Below are positions 11,671-22,900 of a stretch of DNA of 64,000 nucleotides, one piece after another; positions within the stretch are counted from its first letter, which is position 1, and every line of letters starts with the position of its first letter. The translations under genes were made by a program, and so were the position numbers. The stretch is taken from NCBI RefSeq assembly GCF_001194135.2, contig NC_068983.1, positions 99,179,683 to 99,243,682 of the forward strand, in the 5' to 3' direction. The notes below the pieces were generated by a model. That model did no database searches, had not been told where the DNA came from, and was given only the letters and a program-made list of their open reading frames with translations. The stretch is from Octopus bimaculoides (Eukaryota).

Positions 11671-12559
11671 ATATGTATTATTCATTTTGCTTAATGCTGC
11701 AATTTCAGTGGGGAATGCAGTAAAGTGTCAGCTCTTCATGACCAGTGGACTAAGGTAACACTTTAAATTCAGATTTCAAGAACCCTGTAGAGAATTTGTG
11801 CAGTTCCAAGCAACACTGTTTTCTGTAGATGCTCTATCTTCACATCTACCACTATTTTTTCTATCCAATTCGTGGGCTTGATTAAACTGAAGGATTACCC
11901 AATACTTTTAGTTGAATATATATTAAATTTTACATGTAAAAATTTACACACACACACACACACACACATGTATATATATGGATGTAAGATGCTGAGCTTT
12001 TCTCCATATGCATGTATACTAATGACTTCAAACCTTCAAACCTTATAAACCTTACTATGACAAACAACCAGTCATTGAACAATAGGTAATTTTATAATTA
12101 TGTTTCTGTTTGCCTGCCTGGTTAACACAAAACATGTTCTACTTCAGCTTCACAGTTGCATGATTAGCATCAAGCTACAAACCCAATTTCTCAATGACAG
12201 CTCTAAGCATACAAGTTACTTTTCAGTAAAAGAAACCTTATTTTATGTTGTGATTGTGTATTAGTAAAGTGTTAGTAGACATCAACATACATGTCAACAT
12301 AGACATCAGCACACACAGAGGCAGATAGGTGCATACAAAATTTTCTAACATCCTTTTAATACTCAGTGCAGCTGAATATTATTTCAGTACCATAGTAAGT
12401 TTCACAAACAACACAGCAGCTGGTGATTATACCATTGCAATTTCTTTTGTCTTTTCCTTTTCTTTCTTTCTTTCTTTTGCATTTTCTGAACTATTTATAA
12501 AAATGGTAGTCTGTCATTTAAACTTGGCATTTATTTGACAAAACTAAGTCCAAGTTTAC

Positions 12560-13680
12560 TTAATTACAATATTGAGAACACCATATTTCTCACTTCACAG
12601 TATACCCCTGTATTATAATATTAGGTGCACCCTATTTCACTAACTACCAAAATTACACCATTGTGCTGTAAACCATTATGCTATAATGCTCAGTGATGGA
12701 AGCACTGAGCTGGCAGAATCATTATCATGCTGGGCAAAATGCTTAGCTATATTTTGTCTTTCTTCACATTCTGAGTTCAAATTCTGCTGGGGTTGACTTT
12801 GCCTTTCATCCTTCCAGGGTTGATAAAATAAGTACCAGCTGAGCACTGGGATCAATGCTCCCACCTCCAAATTTCAGGCCTTTTGCGTATAGTAGAAAGG
12901 ATTATAATGCTCAGTGAGGCAGTGAGCTGGTAGAATTGTTAGCATGATGGACAAAATGCTTAGCTGCATTTTTTCTGGCTTATTACATTTTGCGTTCAAA
13001 TACTGCCAAGGGTGATTTTTGTCTTTCTTCTTTACAGGGTTTGGGAAATAAATACTGGTTCAGCACTGGGAGTCAATGCAATTGACTATCCCCTTCCTTA
13101 CAATGGCCAGCTTTGTGCCAAAGTTTGAAGAAGTTTTAATACTCAGTATATTATGTTATTACTACCCACATGACAACCATATTATAATATTCAATACACT
13201 CTGTATAATAATGTTCATCATTTCACTTCTGTTACTATCAGTACACTACTATCATAATGTTCAGTTCTTCATTGTTTTACTATCCACAATTCATCACTAT
13301 TTTATAAGGTTTAGACACTCTGTTTTGCATATCACAACACCCCACTGTATTATAATGCTCATCACACCACTGTTTCACCACTTACAAAGCACCATGATAT
13401 CATAATGGTCAGAACATGCCTTGTTATACTACTTGCAGTATTCCACTGTATTATATAAATGCTCTGAACACGTACAATTTCTCAACTCCCAGAGTGCCAT
13501 TGTAATAATATTCAGGGCACCATGTTTCTTAGCCTAGTACACCTATTGACCTTATTATATCATTCAGTACACACCCAGTTTCACAGCTCAGAAAACACCA
13601 TTGGTGTTGCAACCATATTCAAACTGTTTCTAATTCTAACCATTTCTTTTTCTCAGACCACTGTTAACTACATCTGTTTC
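12560..13680. repeat. Degenerate minisatellite-like region built on TATTATAATGCTCAG, containing two tandem family B SINEs (12700-12902, 12918-13135)
   Basis: Recurring variants of TATTATAAT(G/A)(C/T)TCAG(AACACC). TATAATGCTCAGTGA flanks the first SINE on both sides (TSD-like). Confidence 0.65.
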
Positions 13681-13852
13681 CGTCTGTTCCTAAATTTAGA
13701 TGTTTTAAAATATTATAATTCAAATTAACAGAACCTCATATTTCTTCAACAGAACCCAGTTATTTCTTTTGCATTCTAAGGAAGACTATAATATTTCCCA
13801 CATGCTTCTATAAGAAAAGAAAATTCTAACAAGGAAATTCAATGTATGTTAA

Positions 13853-14072
13853 CCCTTTAGCATTTAAACCGTCCATATCCAGCCCAAATATTCTACATGT
13901 TTTATGTACAAACTTGTTAGATCTAGCCTCTTACACCTACCCTACGATGTCATTTTAAAAATATACAGTCACATCACCAAAATCTTGAAGTTAGGAGATA
14001 ATACATGATTATTTCAAAACAATGTGAATAAATAAGCATTGCATTTAACAGAGTAATATGAATGCTAAAGGG
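13853..14072 (+). mobile_element. 220-bp piggyBac-type MITE, copy 1
   Basis: TTAA|CCCTTTAGCATT ... AATGCTAAAGGG|TTAA: TTAA target duplication and CCC/GGG termini. Confidence 0.85.
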
Positions 14073-14084
14073 TTAATATCCCTC

Positions 14085-14297
14085 TCTATTATAAGCACAA
14101 AGCCTGAAATTTTGGGGGAGGGGGGGCCAAGTCAATCAGATTGACCCAGTACACAACTGGTATTGAAATTATTGACCCCCGAAAGGATGAAAGGCAAAGT
14201 TGACCTCAGCGGAATTTGAACTCAGAATGTAGCAACCAGCAAAATACTGGTAAGCATTTCATCCAGCATGCTAACAATTCTACCAGCTCACCGCCTT
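14085..14297 (-). mobile_element. SINE family B
   Basis: Well-preserved reverse-complement copy of the family B consensus. Confidence 0.85.
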
Positions 14298-14737
14298 CTG
14301 AAGAGTTAATATCAATAAGTGTTATGATAGATTGTGGGTAGAATTTAGTATTCTTAGAAACTACCTATTAAAACTGTGTCATTGGCAGTGTCACATTATC
14401 AAATTAATAATTCCCAATAAATATACATAGTGTTTATGTATTATATCACATGAAATGCTAATTGACATGACTCAGTATAATCTACACTGAACCAATATTA
14501 ATTTCTTCCTAATTTTTAAAGTTATGGAAATACAGAGAGATATGGTCTAAATATGGAACAGTTAGAATAACTTATTGACTCATGGTGCTTAATTGTTCCA
14601 GTTTTGCATTCACTAACGACAGTTAGTGACTGGATTTGGATCTGTGAAACAAATAATTACACACAGACACAGAGACGCATACTGATATACATAATAAAAA
14701 CAAAATGTCTCTCTGTTGTGCATATATATATATATGT

Positions 14738-14957
14738 GTGGTGGGGGTATGAAAAGTTCCTGGCTTTGAGTAAAAGAAAATACAGGGGAATCAATTAATT
14801 ATGATTCTATTCAACATATTCCTCTCTCAGATTCACACACTTATTGCAGTTGTCCTTCAGTTTTTCTAATCCCTGTAAAAGAACTGGGAAGGTTGGGCCT
14901 CCAACCAGCCTTTTTGCAATACCCTTAAAGCTAGAAACTTTCCAGTACCTCACTCAT
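14738..14957. mobile_element. mariner-type MITE
   Basis: Imperfect TIRs GGTGGGGGTATGAAAAGTTCC / GAAACTTTCCAGTACCTCACTC, embedded in TA runs. Confidence 0.6.
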
Positions 14958-14987
14958 ATATATATATATATATATATATATAAACAT

Positions 14988-15397
14988 GTAGGCGCAGGAG
15001 TGGCTGTGTGGTACGTAGCTTGCTTACCAACCACATGATTCCGGGTTCAGTCCCACTGCGTGGCACCTTGGGCAAGTGTCTTCTACAGCCTCGGGCCGAC
15101 CAAAGCCTTGTGAGTGGATTTGGTAGACGGAAACTGAAAGAAGCCCGTCGTATATATGTATATATATATATATATGTATGTGTGTATCTGTGTTTGTCCC
15201 CCCAAAATTGCTTGACAACCGATGCTGGTGTGTTTAGGTCCCCGTAACATAGTGGTTTGGCAAAAAGAGACCGATAGAATAAGTACTAGGCTTACAAAGA
15301 ATAAGTCCTGGGGTCGATTTGATTCGACTAAAGGCAGTGCTCCAGCATGGCCACAGTCAAATGACTGAAACAAGTAAAAGAAAGAAAAGAAAAGAAT
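14988..15397 (+). mobile_element. SINE family A, full length (reference copy)
   Basis: Pol III A-box-like TGGCTGTGTGG, B-box-like GGTTCAGTCCC, internal (TA)n/(TG)n and tail GACTGAAACAAGTAAAAG. More than 10 copies occur in the window. Confidence 0.9.
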
Positions 15398-15615
15398 ATA
15401 TATATACTCTTTGTTTCATATTGCTCCAGTCTACTCAATTATACATGAGTAACCCTGTGATGGGCTGGCTTTCTATTCAGGGGAAATGTTGGCCTAACCA
15501 TCTAAACAGTGGGCTGGTATCATTCAAAAGCTACAACAATGCAAGGAAGTACATTGTGACAAGTGGTGTATAACAACATCTGATAGTCTGGTTGATACAG
15601 TGATACACTGATATA

Positions 15616-16014
15616 CTCTTTTACTCTTTTACTTGTTTCAGTCTTTTGACTGTGGGCATGCTGGAGCACCACCTTTAGTCGAGCAAATCGACCCCAGGAC
15701 TTATTCTTTAGAAGCCTAGTACTTATTCTATCAGTCTCTCTTGCCGAACCGCTAAGTTACGGGGACATAAACACACTAGCATCAGTTGTCAAGCGATGTT
15801 GGGAGGACAAACACAGACACACAAACACATACATACATATATACATATATATAACGGGCTTCTTTCAGTTTCTGTCTACCAAATCCACTCACAAGGCTTT
15901 GGTCGGCCCGAGGCTATAGTAGAAGACACTTGCCCAAGATGCCACGCAGTGGGACTGAACCCGGGACCATGTGGTTGGTAAGCAAGCTACTTACCACACA
16001 GCCACTCCTACACC
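15616..16014 (-). mobile_element. SINE family A, full length, inverted relative to 14988-15397
   Basis: Reverse complement is colinear with the reference copy over its whole length. Confidence 0.9.
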
Positions 16015-16674
16015 TATACATATATATATACTTACATACTTATAAGAATCTACATTCATGTATGTATATTTATATGTAGCAGACAATACACCAAGATCTG
16101 TGTAGATTGCATCCTGTTGCTGGTACTGCATTGCGTCCATAACCAATATTTTCAATTCGTTAACAGACAAGTCCACACAGTTATAAGTAGCTATCTCAGG
16201 ATAGCAACAATTGCTGTATACAGTAGTAACACTGTAAAATTGATAAGTGTTTCATTAGCTCAGAGTTGTTAGTTTAAATTTTCTGGTGGATGTATAGCTT
16301 GGATAAGGTTATGTTTTAGTTGGTTGAGTTACTCTAAATATTGTACTAGGACATAGTATTCCTTGATACCCATTCAACACTAAATGCTTATATATATTTG
16401 TGTTTGTGTGTGTGTATGTGTGTGCATGCGCATGCATATGTGCATATGTGCCTCTGTGTGTGTGTGGATATGTACACACATGCACACAAATATATATCTC
16501 TCTTCATCATCACCATTATCATGTTCCATACTGGCATGGATTGGACAATTTGACAGGATCCAATAAACCCAAGGAGAATAAATATAGCACAGCCGTGTCC
16601 TAAGAAGCTTGCTTCCCAACCACATGGTTCTGTTCCAGTAACTTAGCGGTTTAGCAAAGTGTACCAATAGAATA

Positions 16675-16919
16675 CAGTAATCCCCCGACTAGCATGGGTC
16701 TTACGTTCCAAAACACCCTGTGATAGGTGAAAATCTGTGAAGTAGAAACAGTACTGTATATTTTTTTTTTAATTGTTATAATTTGTATATATTTATTTTA
16801 TTATAAATGCAACACAGCACCACAGAGGAGCTGACGTAAGCTTAAATAATAAACTGCGATAGGTGGACCAGGATAGGTGGACCGCGATAGGTGAACTGTG
16901 ATATGGTGAGGGATTACTG
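16675..16919. mobile_element. pogo/Tigger-type MITE nested in a family A SINE
   Basis: TA|CAGTAATCCC ... GGGATTACTG|TA with repeated subterminal GATAGGTG(G/A)AC. It is inserted at the TA of the SINE motif ATAGAATAAGTAC. Confidence 0.85.
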
Positions 16920-17094
16920 TAAGTACCAAGCTTTAAAAAAATTTGAATTGTAAAAATAGACCAAAATTAGACCTAGGAAAATAATTTCCTCTTTTCTCCC
17001 TTAATGTTAAGACTAACTCTGACAAGAAATTCCTGTCTCTTTTAGATAAATATTTTCCAATAAATCATAAATAAAGGAAAATTTTTAACAGATG

Positions 17095-17620
17095 CTCAGT
17101 AAAAATATCATACAGTTACAGCCCCAATATGAAGAACATTACAACTCACAAAAATCACAAAGAGACCACTCCCAGTTGTAACTGTTGAAACCCTGAAGCT
17201 TGCCCATTTGACCAGGCATGTATGATAAACTCTGTCATATATGAGGCTGAAGCAACAGCTACACTCAAAGACAAATCTACTGAAAAGAAGAATTACATCG
17301 GGGATATGTGAGGGTGAACTCAAGAGACATTATGCAAACCACCTATCTTCTTTCCGATACATTGATAAAAGTAATGCAATTAAGTTGACTAACCATGTAT
17401 GGAATTTGAAGAGCAGCTCCACACCACATACAATTAAGTGGAGAATAGTAGAGAAATTCAAGCCATATGTTAATGGATCTAAGAAATGCAACTTATGCAT
17501 AGCAGAAAGATCTCATACTCTTCTTCGATCCAGCAATTCCAACACACTGCTTAATTTGAGATCTGAAACTTTTAGCTGGTGTAGATGCATGGACAGGTTT
17601 CTTTTATTGAATTAGAGGGC
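17095..17620 (+). mobile_element. Penelope-like retroelement 3' fragment: linker plus GIY-YIG endonuclease (pseudogenised)
   Basis: Translation is VKISYSYSPNMKNI...CNC*NPEACPFDQAC..SVIYEA..NYIG/ICEGELKRHYANHLSSF...WRIVEKFKPY..GSKKCNLC...LNLRSE..S.CR..DRFLL. It has a TGA at 17186-17188 and a +1 frameshift in the G run near 17300. Confidence 0.85.
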
Positions 17621-17967
17621 ATCACTTGCTCTGAATTGAGTTGCTGTCTTGCAGACTTTGACATATTTTCTGTTACTCTGTTCTAAACCAGTTGTATTTA
17701 ATGAGATTTCTGCTATCAGGGAGGACAAGGATCTTAGTTCTTGATTTAATTTCTTTTTTCTCATTCCATTTTTTACACCAACCTTCTTCATGTTTTTTCC
17801 AATTTTCTTACTATCCAGTGTTCTTGTTTTTTTTTTTTAAAACTATATATAACACATAAACAGAACCTTTTAAGATACATGGCATATTTTATAAATATGC
17901 CTGTTCAAGTATCATCTCGTAATAGTATGAAACTATTAGTATCTCTTTTGGTTGTGTATTTCATTTG

Positions 17968-17998
<31 letters not shown>

Positions 17999-18049
17999 TA
18001 TACATACATGCATACATGTTCTTCAAGGAATTTAGTATACACTATCAAA

Positions 18050-18900
18050 TATCAAAGATGTAATGAAGATTACATAGGTCAAACAAAGCTTACACTAAGA
18101 AATAGACTGACCATTCACCAACAACAAATATGAGATCCCAGTACTAGACAGATTCCAATGAGTGGATACATAGACATATGTGCAAAAAATAAGTCCCCCA
18201 AATTCAAGGTTTTCCCACTCTACCTATGTTCAGTGAATACCACAGATAGAGCATGGATAAACACAGGGAATACTTTCACACAAAAGTACAAACCCAGACT
18301 TAAAAAAACCTTTACAAAGTACATATACAAATAACTATTCACACACAAAACTCATTCTTCCACTTAACAGGAGGAACCTACACAGTTAACAACCTAAACT
18401 TTAGCCACTGGACTACATACAAATGACTCCTGTCTACTTTTACACCAGATAGATTAAATTTGGAGTGCCTTGATTGTAACTAAGCATGTTCACTCTTGAT
18501 TTTAGGTGCAAAATATACTACCATATAGCAGGAAATGTATAGAAGGTTCTAAACTTAATCACGTGTTCATTCTTTACAAACACTTGACAGAAGACATTCA
18601 GAGCATTGATTGTTTAGTACTACCACTAGATTTATTCAGTCAACTGTGTCAGTCTTAACTTATGACATTGTCTCTTGATACTAACACATGGTTGTTGCAG
18701 GGTAACCTACAAAAATTTATAAGACCAGTCATGTAACTATCCTCTACCAATCAAATCCTATTCAAAACACATACTAATTTGAGCCATGAACTCCAATAAA
18801 AATAGGGCAAAGCTTCAAACACTAGTCAGAAGCAAAACAGCCGTAACATAAGCCATGTTTTCCTATTTCAAATTTTTGAAAATCAGTGTAAACTGTGAAA
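18050..18900 (-). mobile_element. Probable decayed L1/Tx1-like 3' remnant
   Basis: CpG-depleted non-unique-looking sequence with weak minus-strand resemblance to Tx1 ORF2 ends. Confidence 0.3.
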
Positions 18901-19184
18901 CTGGTTAAATCTTTAAATATAATAGTAACTTTTATTTTTCCTATATATATATACGATAGACTTCTTCCAGTTTCCATCTACCAAATCCATTCACAAGGCT
19001 TTGGTTGGCCCAAGGCAACAGTAGAAGATACCTGTCCAAGGTCCCATGCAGTGGGACTGAATCTGAAACCATGTGGTTGGGAAGCAAGCATCTTACCACA
19101 CAGTCTAGAGATATATTTTGTAATACAGTATAGAATTTCTCTTCCTCTATCTTTCTTTAAATATATATATATATCTGCTACGTG

Positions 19185-19390
19185 AAGGTACATGACCTAG
19201 TGGTTAGGGTGTTGTACTCATGATTGTGAGATTGTGGTTTCAATTCCTAGATTGGGTGATGCATTGTGTTCTTGAGCAAAATACTTCATTTTATGTTGCT
19301 CTGCAATCACTTTGACACCTGATACATGGTATACTGTGCACTTGTTCAGACAGCATCGATTTGATGTAGAGAGCAAGCTAATGTGCAGGT
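19185..19390 (+). mobile_element. SINE family C
   Basis: Colinear with 45245-45485 and with the reverse complement of 7075-7325. Confidence 0.8.
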
Positions 19391-19409
19391 GACTAGTTGT
19401 AATGTTTTG

Positions 19410-19860
19410 TAGTCTGAACAGTCAAAGGTAATCCTGATCAAGCTTAACAGTCACTTACAAAGAAGAGTGTTGTCAAACATTTGAATGGAAGAATGCCAAG
19501 TATCAGAACCTTTTGCAGGATTGCTGTGTGAAGGAATGGCAGGTATGGCTATTCTCAATTGAGCTTGACTGTAGAGGATTCCCTGACTAATCTGTGTGAA
19601 GAATGCTTAGAGCCATTGGAATAAGGGGCAAGAGAATGAGAAAGACAGTTGTGTGCAAGGTGAGAGAAACTGTAAAAAAAGCCTCTTGTATAGTTATAGA
19701 GCAAAAGAGAGCAGCTTAGCTGGAAGTAAGGGGAAAAGATGGAGAGTGATCTGTCCACTATTGCTGATCCAATTATGGGATGTTATGGTTCAGAGTTGAA
19801 ATACCCAATGATTGCTAAACACTTCTTGACCAGCTGATGTCATTAGACATCAATTCTTCA
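19410..19860 (+). mobile_element. 3' remnant of an RLE-type non-LTR retrotransposon (HERO/NeSL-like)
   Basis: Translation is SKVILIKL/TVTYKEECCQTFEWKNAKYQNLLQDCCVKEWQVWLFSIELDCRGFP..MLRAIGIRG. This matches the ELTVPWEE..K..KY...PVEVGCRGF restriction-like endonuclease motif. Confidence 0.75.
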
Positions 19861-20750
19861 TTCACCAAAGGTCAATGAGAGAGCAACATCTTATAGATGT
19901 AACCATTCTCATGATGTATACTATATATATATATGTAAGAACGACCGTGCGAACCCAAAAGGAGAAATGGTGACGAATGGAAAAACAGGGCTCCTTTTAT
20001 TAAACGCGTCACACGGTCGAACACAAAAATATATATCAAATGATATAAATATGTTATACTTCGATAACATAGTGAATTCGTAAATGGCCAGTAAGGAAGA
20101 CGATAGAACACAACCGATAAAGATGAATAACTGTAATATTTATTGTAACATTAAAATGTATGTCTGTGTGTGAGTGTGAATGCGACATATTAAAACATAA
20201 TAAAAGACAGGCCGTCGTGTAAAGAAAAGAGTGTGTAAGTGATACATGTATGTGTATGCGTGAGATACAGCAGATAGAAAGAGAGTCAATAACACATATA
20301 AAGAATTTGCCAGTTCTTAGAGTACACAATAGTAACAGTCTGTATATAAGAAGTTGAGGCGTGTGTGGCAGAGCGATCACTCGTTGTGATGTTAGGGCTT
20401 CAATGCCGAGCCGGGTTCTGGAATACAGATGTTCGTCGCAGGCTAGGTTCTTGTCTGTTGTCTATCGTGGCGAAGGTGAATCGCACAAACAGAGTTAGAA
20501 GTTCTGCGGTAGTTTGGTTAGCTTGTGTACGTAGAAGTCATGTTGACGATGTTGGCGATGCTGGTAGTCGTAGTGTCGTGTTGACTGGCGGCGATGCTGG
20601 TAGTAGTCGTAGAGTCGTGTTGCTGCTGGTAGTCGTAGTTGTACGAAGCTGTGATTGTTGTCGCTGACTGCTGCTGCTGCTCTGTGTGGTACACAGAACA
20701 GGTCTCTAAGAGATCTGAACCGAGACAAATTAGCTGGGTATCTAGTAGGC

Positions 20751-20892
20751 TATTTAAAGCAAAATAGGGGCTCCAGAGAGCATCTGAAAAACACTATCAC
20801 GTGACCTTATTAAGGGCTGTGATTGGTCAGTTTACGTTCTGGCGGGAACGGTACGAAGCAATTGCCACTTCAAATAATAATTAGTCATGTGA
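20751..20892 (-). promoter_or_regulatory. Promoter-like motif cluster oriented leftwards
   Basis: TATA-like TTTAAATA (20751-20758), GTCACGTGA E-box (20797-20805), CCAAT (20822-20826), TGGCGGGAA E2F-type (20840-20848) and GTCATGTGA (20884-20892), next to a CpG-rich kilobase. Confidence 0.55.
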
Positions 20893-21018
20893 TGACAAGG
20901 AAAGAGATGTTTTCTACTACGCTCGCATCTGTTTATATTTATAACAGCGGGGAAGATGGCTTCTTTGTGTATAATGGCGANNNNNNNNNNTATATATATA
21001 TATATGTATATATATATT

Positions 21019-21063
<45 letters not shown>

Positions 21064-21254
21064 GTGTGTGTTTGTGTGTATATATATATATGTGTGAGTT
21101 TGTGTGTGTATATATTTATAATGCCTTGGGTAAATACCTGGGTAGATGGTCTGTAGTAGTTCTAGCTTCACAAAAACCACATTGCCGGCCATTAAGGAGA
21201 GAGAGAGACTATGTATATGAATGTATACATGCATGTATGTGTATATATGTGTAT

Positions 21255-21470
21255 TTTTTAGCTTTTACTTGTTTCAGTCATTAGATTACGGCCATGCTGG
21301 GGCACCGCCTTGAATCTTTTTTAGTCGAATGAATTGACCCCAGTACTTATTTTCTTTGTAAGCCTGGTACTTATTCTATTGGTCTCTTTTGCTGAACTGT
21401 TAAATTACGGGGACATAAACATACCAACACCAGTTGTCAAGAAGTGATGGGGGTACAAACACAGACACAA
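21255..21470 (-). mobile_element. SINE family A, 3' half
   Basis: TTTTACTTGTTTCAGTCATTAG...GACAAACACAGACAC matches the family A tail. Confidence 0.8.
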
Positions 21471-21510
21471 AGACGCAAACACATATATATATATATACAT
21501 ACATACATAC

Positions 21511-21561
<51 letters not shown>

Positions 21562-22029
21562 GATAAGCAACAAAAATTCAATAGGTTATAGCAGTACGTA
21601 CTTTTCGTACAAGCTCCATTTATTCATGTAGTGAGAACACCACAGAATGTACACTGAAAATGTACTCCTCAGCTGCATATATATATATTCATGTGTATAT
21701 GTATATATATCCATATGTATATTTTCCAACAGTTTGAATCTCTGTCCTTAATGGCCAGCAATATTGCTTTTATCAAGTTAAAACTAGCAGAAACCATCAA
21801 TAGGGAAATTTTTGACAGAGAGAAAGTTGGTAAAAGTTCTATTGTTGCACTCAAGAGATGCAAAACTTTCAGACATATCTAGTATGCAAATCTCTAGGAA
21901 AACTACTAATCTATAGGCTCCAATCTAATCTCAGCTTTTGAATCAAAAACTTCCTGTCAGATAGGACTATCATATGCTGATGAAGACTTCACTGAGCCAT
22001 AATTTGTAAATTCTGGTTCATTCTCTCCA

Positions 22030-22900
22030 CTATGCCTGTCTTCTCCCAATACATTGATAACTTACTTGATGTTCCACAAGCTTACTCTGTAGTAGATGTT
22101 ATCAAACCTCATTGTTCCCTAACTTCCCACACTTATGCATCATCCATAAGCAAACTAGACATCTCATGCCAAACTGTACTGATTCCTAGAACAGGCCTCA
22201 AAAACATTCTTTAACAGAGTTACGCAAATCTTGTCTCCTTCAACAGCAAAAAGAACACACACATACACCATTGCTGCAAAAATAGTTACACCTCACTCTG
22301 TTTAACCATAAGTAGCATGCAACTAGAGCCCCCATGCTGGTTCCAAATGAGGATCTCTTCTCACAAACACACATCTCTAACATAGCAAAAACTGCATCTC
22401 AGAGACTGGATTTTCTCTTTAGAGCTGGAAAATACTTTGCCCATCAAAAAATTGTAACCCTTCCCAAAGCTTAGAGGAAATGACAATGGGGTACTGTACT
22501 CTCATCTAGAATGGTGTTGCTTCTACATATGCATAACATCCTGCGCAACATCCCAAAAAAGGTCACTTGACTGATTGGCATCAAGTCATTCACTGACATG
22601 TTTCGGTCTCAAGCCAACACACATGCTGTCTCCTTTCTCTGCCTTGATAACCAGTTCTACAATGGTCCTTGCTCCTGAGAGATGGCTGGCCTTGTGTCAC
22701 TGTGACTCAGGTACTCTCAACTCACTCATTCCTCTTTCTTTCATTGCTTAAATAGAGTGTAACCCTCTAGTATTAACCAGTATGTCAAGTCCTTCTTCCT
22801 CACATTGTTTTCCCTCTAGAATTTCCAGCCTGCACATATGTTTCCTGCAGTTGTCAACTTTCAGCAATTTAAATGGAATATTAATGGTAAGAATGTCATT
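22030..22900 (+). mobile_element. Decayed CR1/Jockey-like LINE, RT C-terminus and 3' end
   Basis: LFSQYIDNLL..., HISNIAKTASQRL.FLFRAGKYF-like translation with stops. Confidence 0.55.

Noticed and set aside
14988-15065. tRNA-like A/B boxes
   Set aside because: These are heads of multi-copy SINEs with no cloverleaf or acceptor stem, so not tRNA genes. The same applies to families B and C.
19965-19985. AATGGTGACGAATGG resembling the 3' end of HDV-like ribozymes
   Set aside because: The P1, P2, P3 and P1.1 pairings cannot be built from the upstream sequence.
19940-20400. Telomerase-RNA resemblance (CCCTAAC near 20390 and CTGTTTTTC near 19985 on the minus strand)
   Set aside because: The template-like stretch is only 7 nt, lies ~400 nt from the U-rich element, and the helix order does not match the P2/P3 pseudoknot. 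No H/ACA end was recognised.
20365-20728. ORF-track proteins of 100 aa (+) and 77 aa (-)
   Set aside because: They appear to start at non-ATG codons, reflect a short tandem repeat, and match no recognised family.
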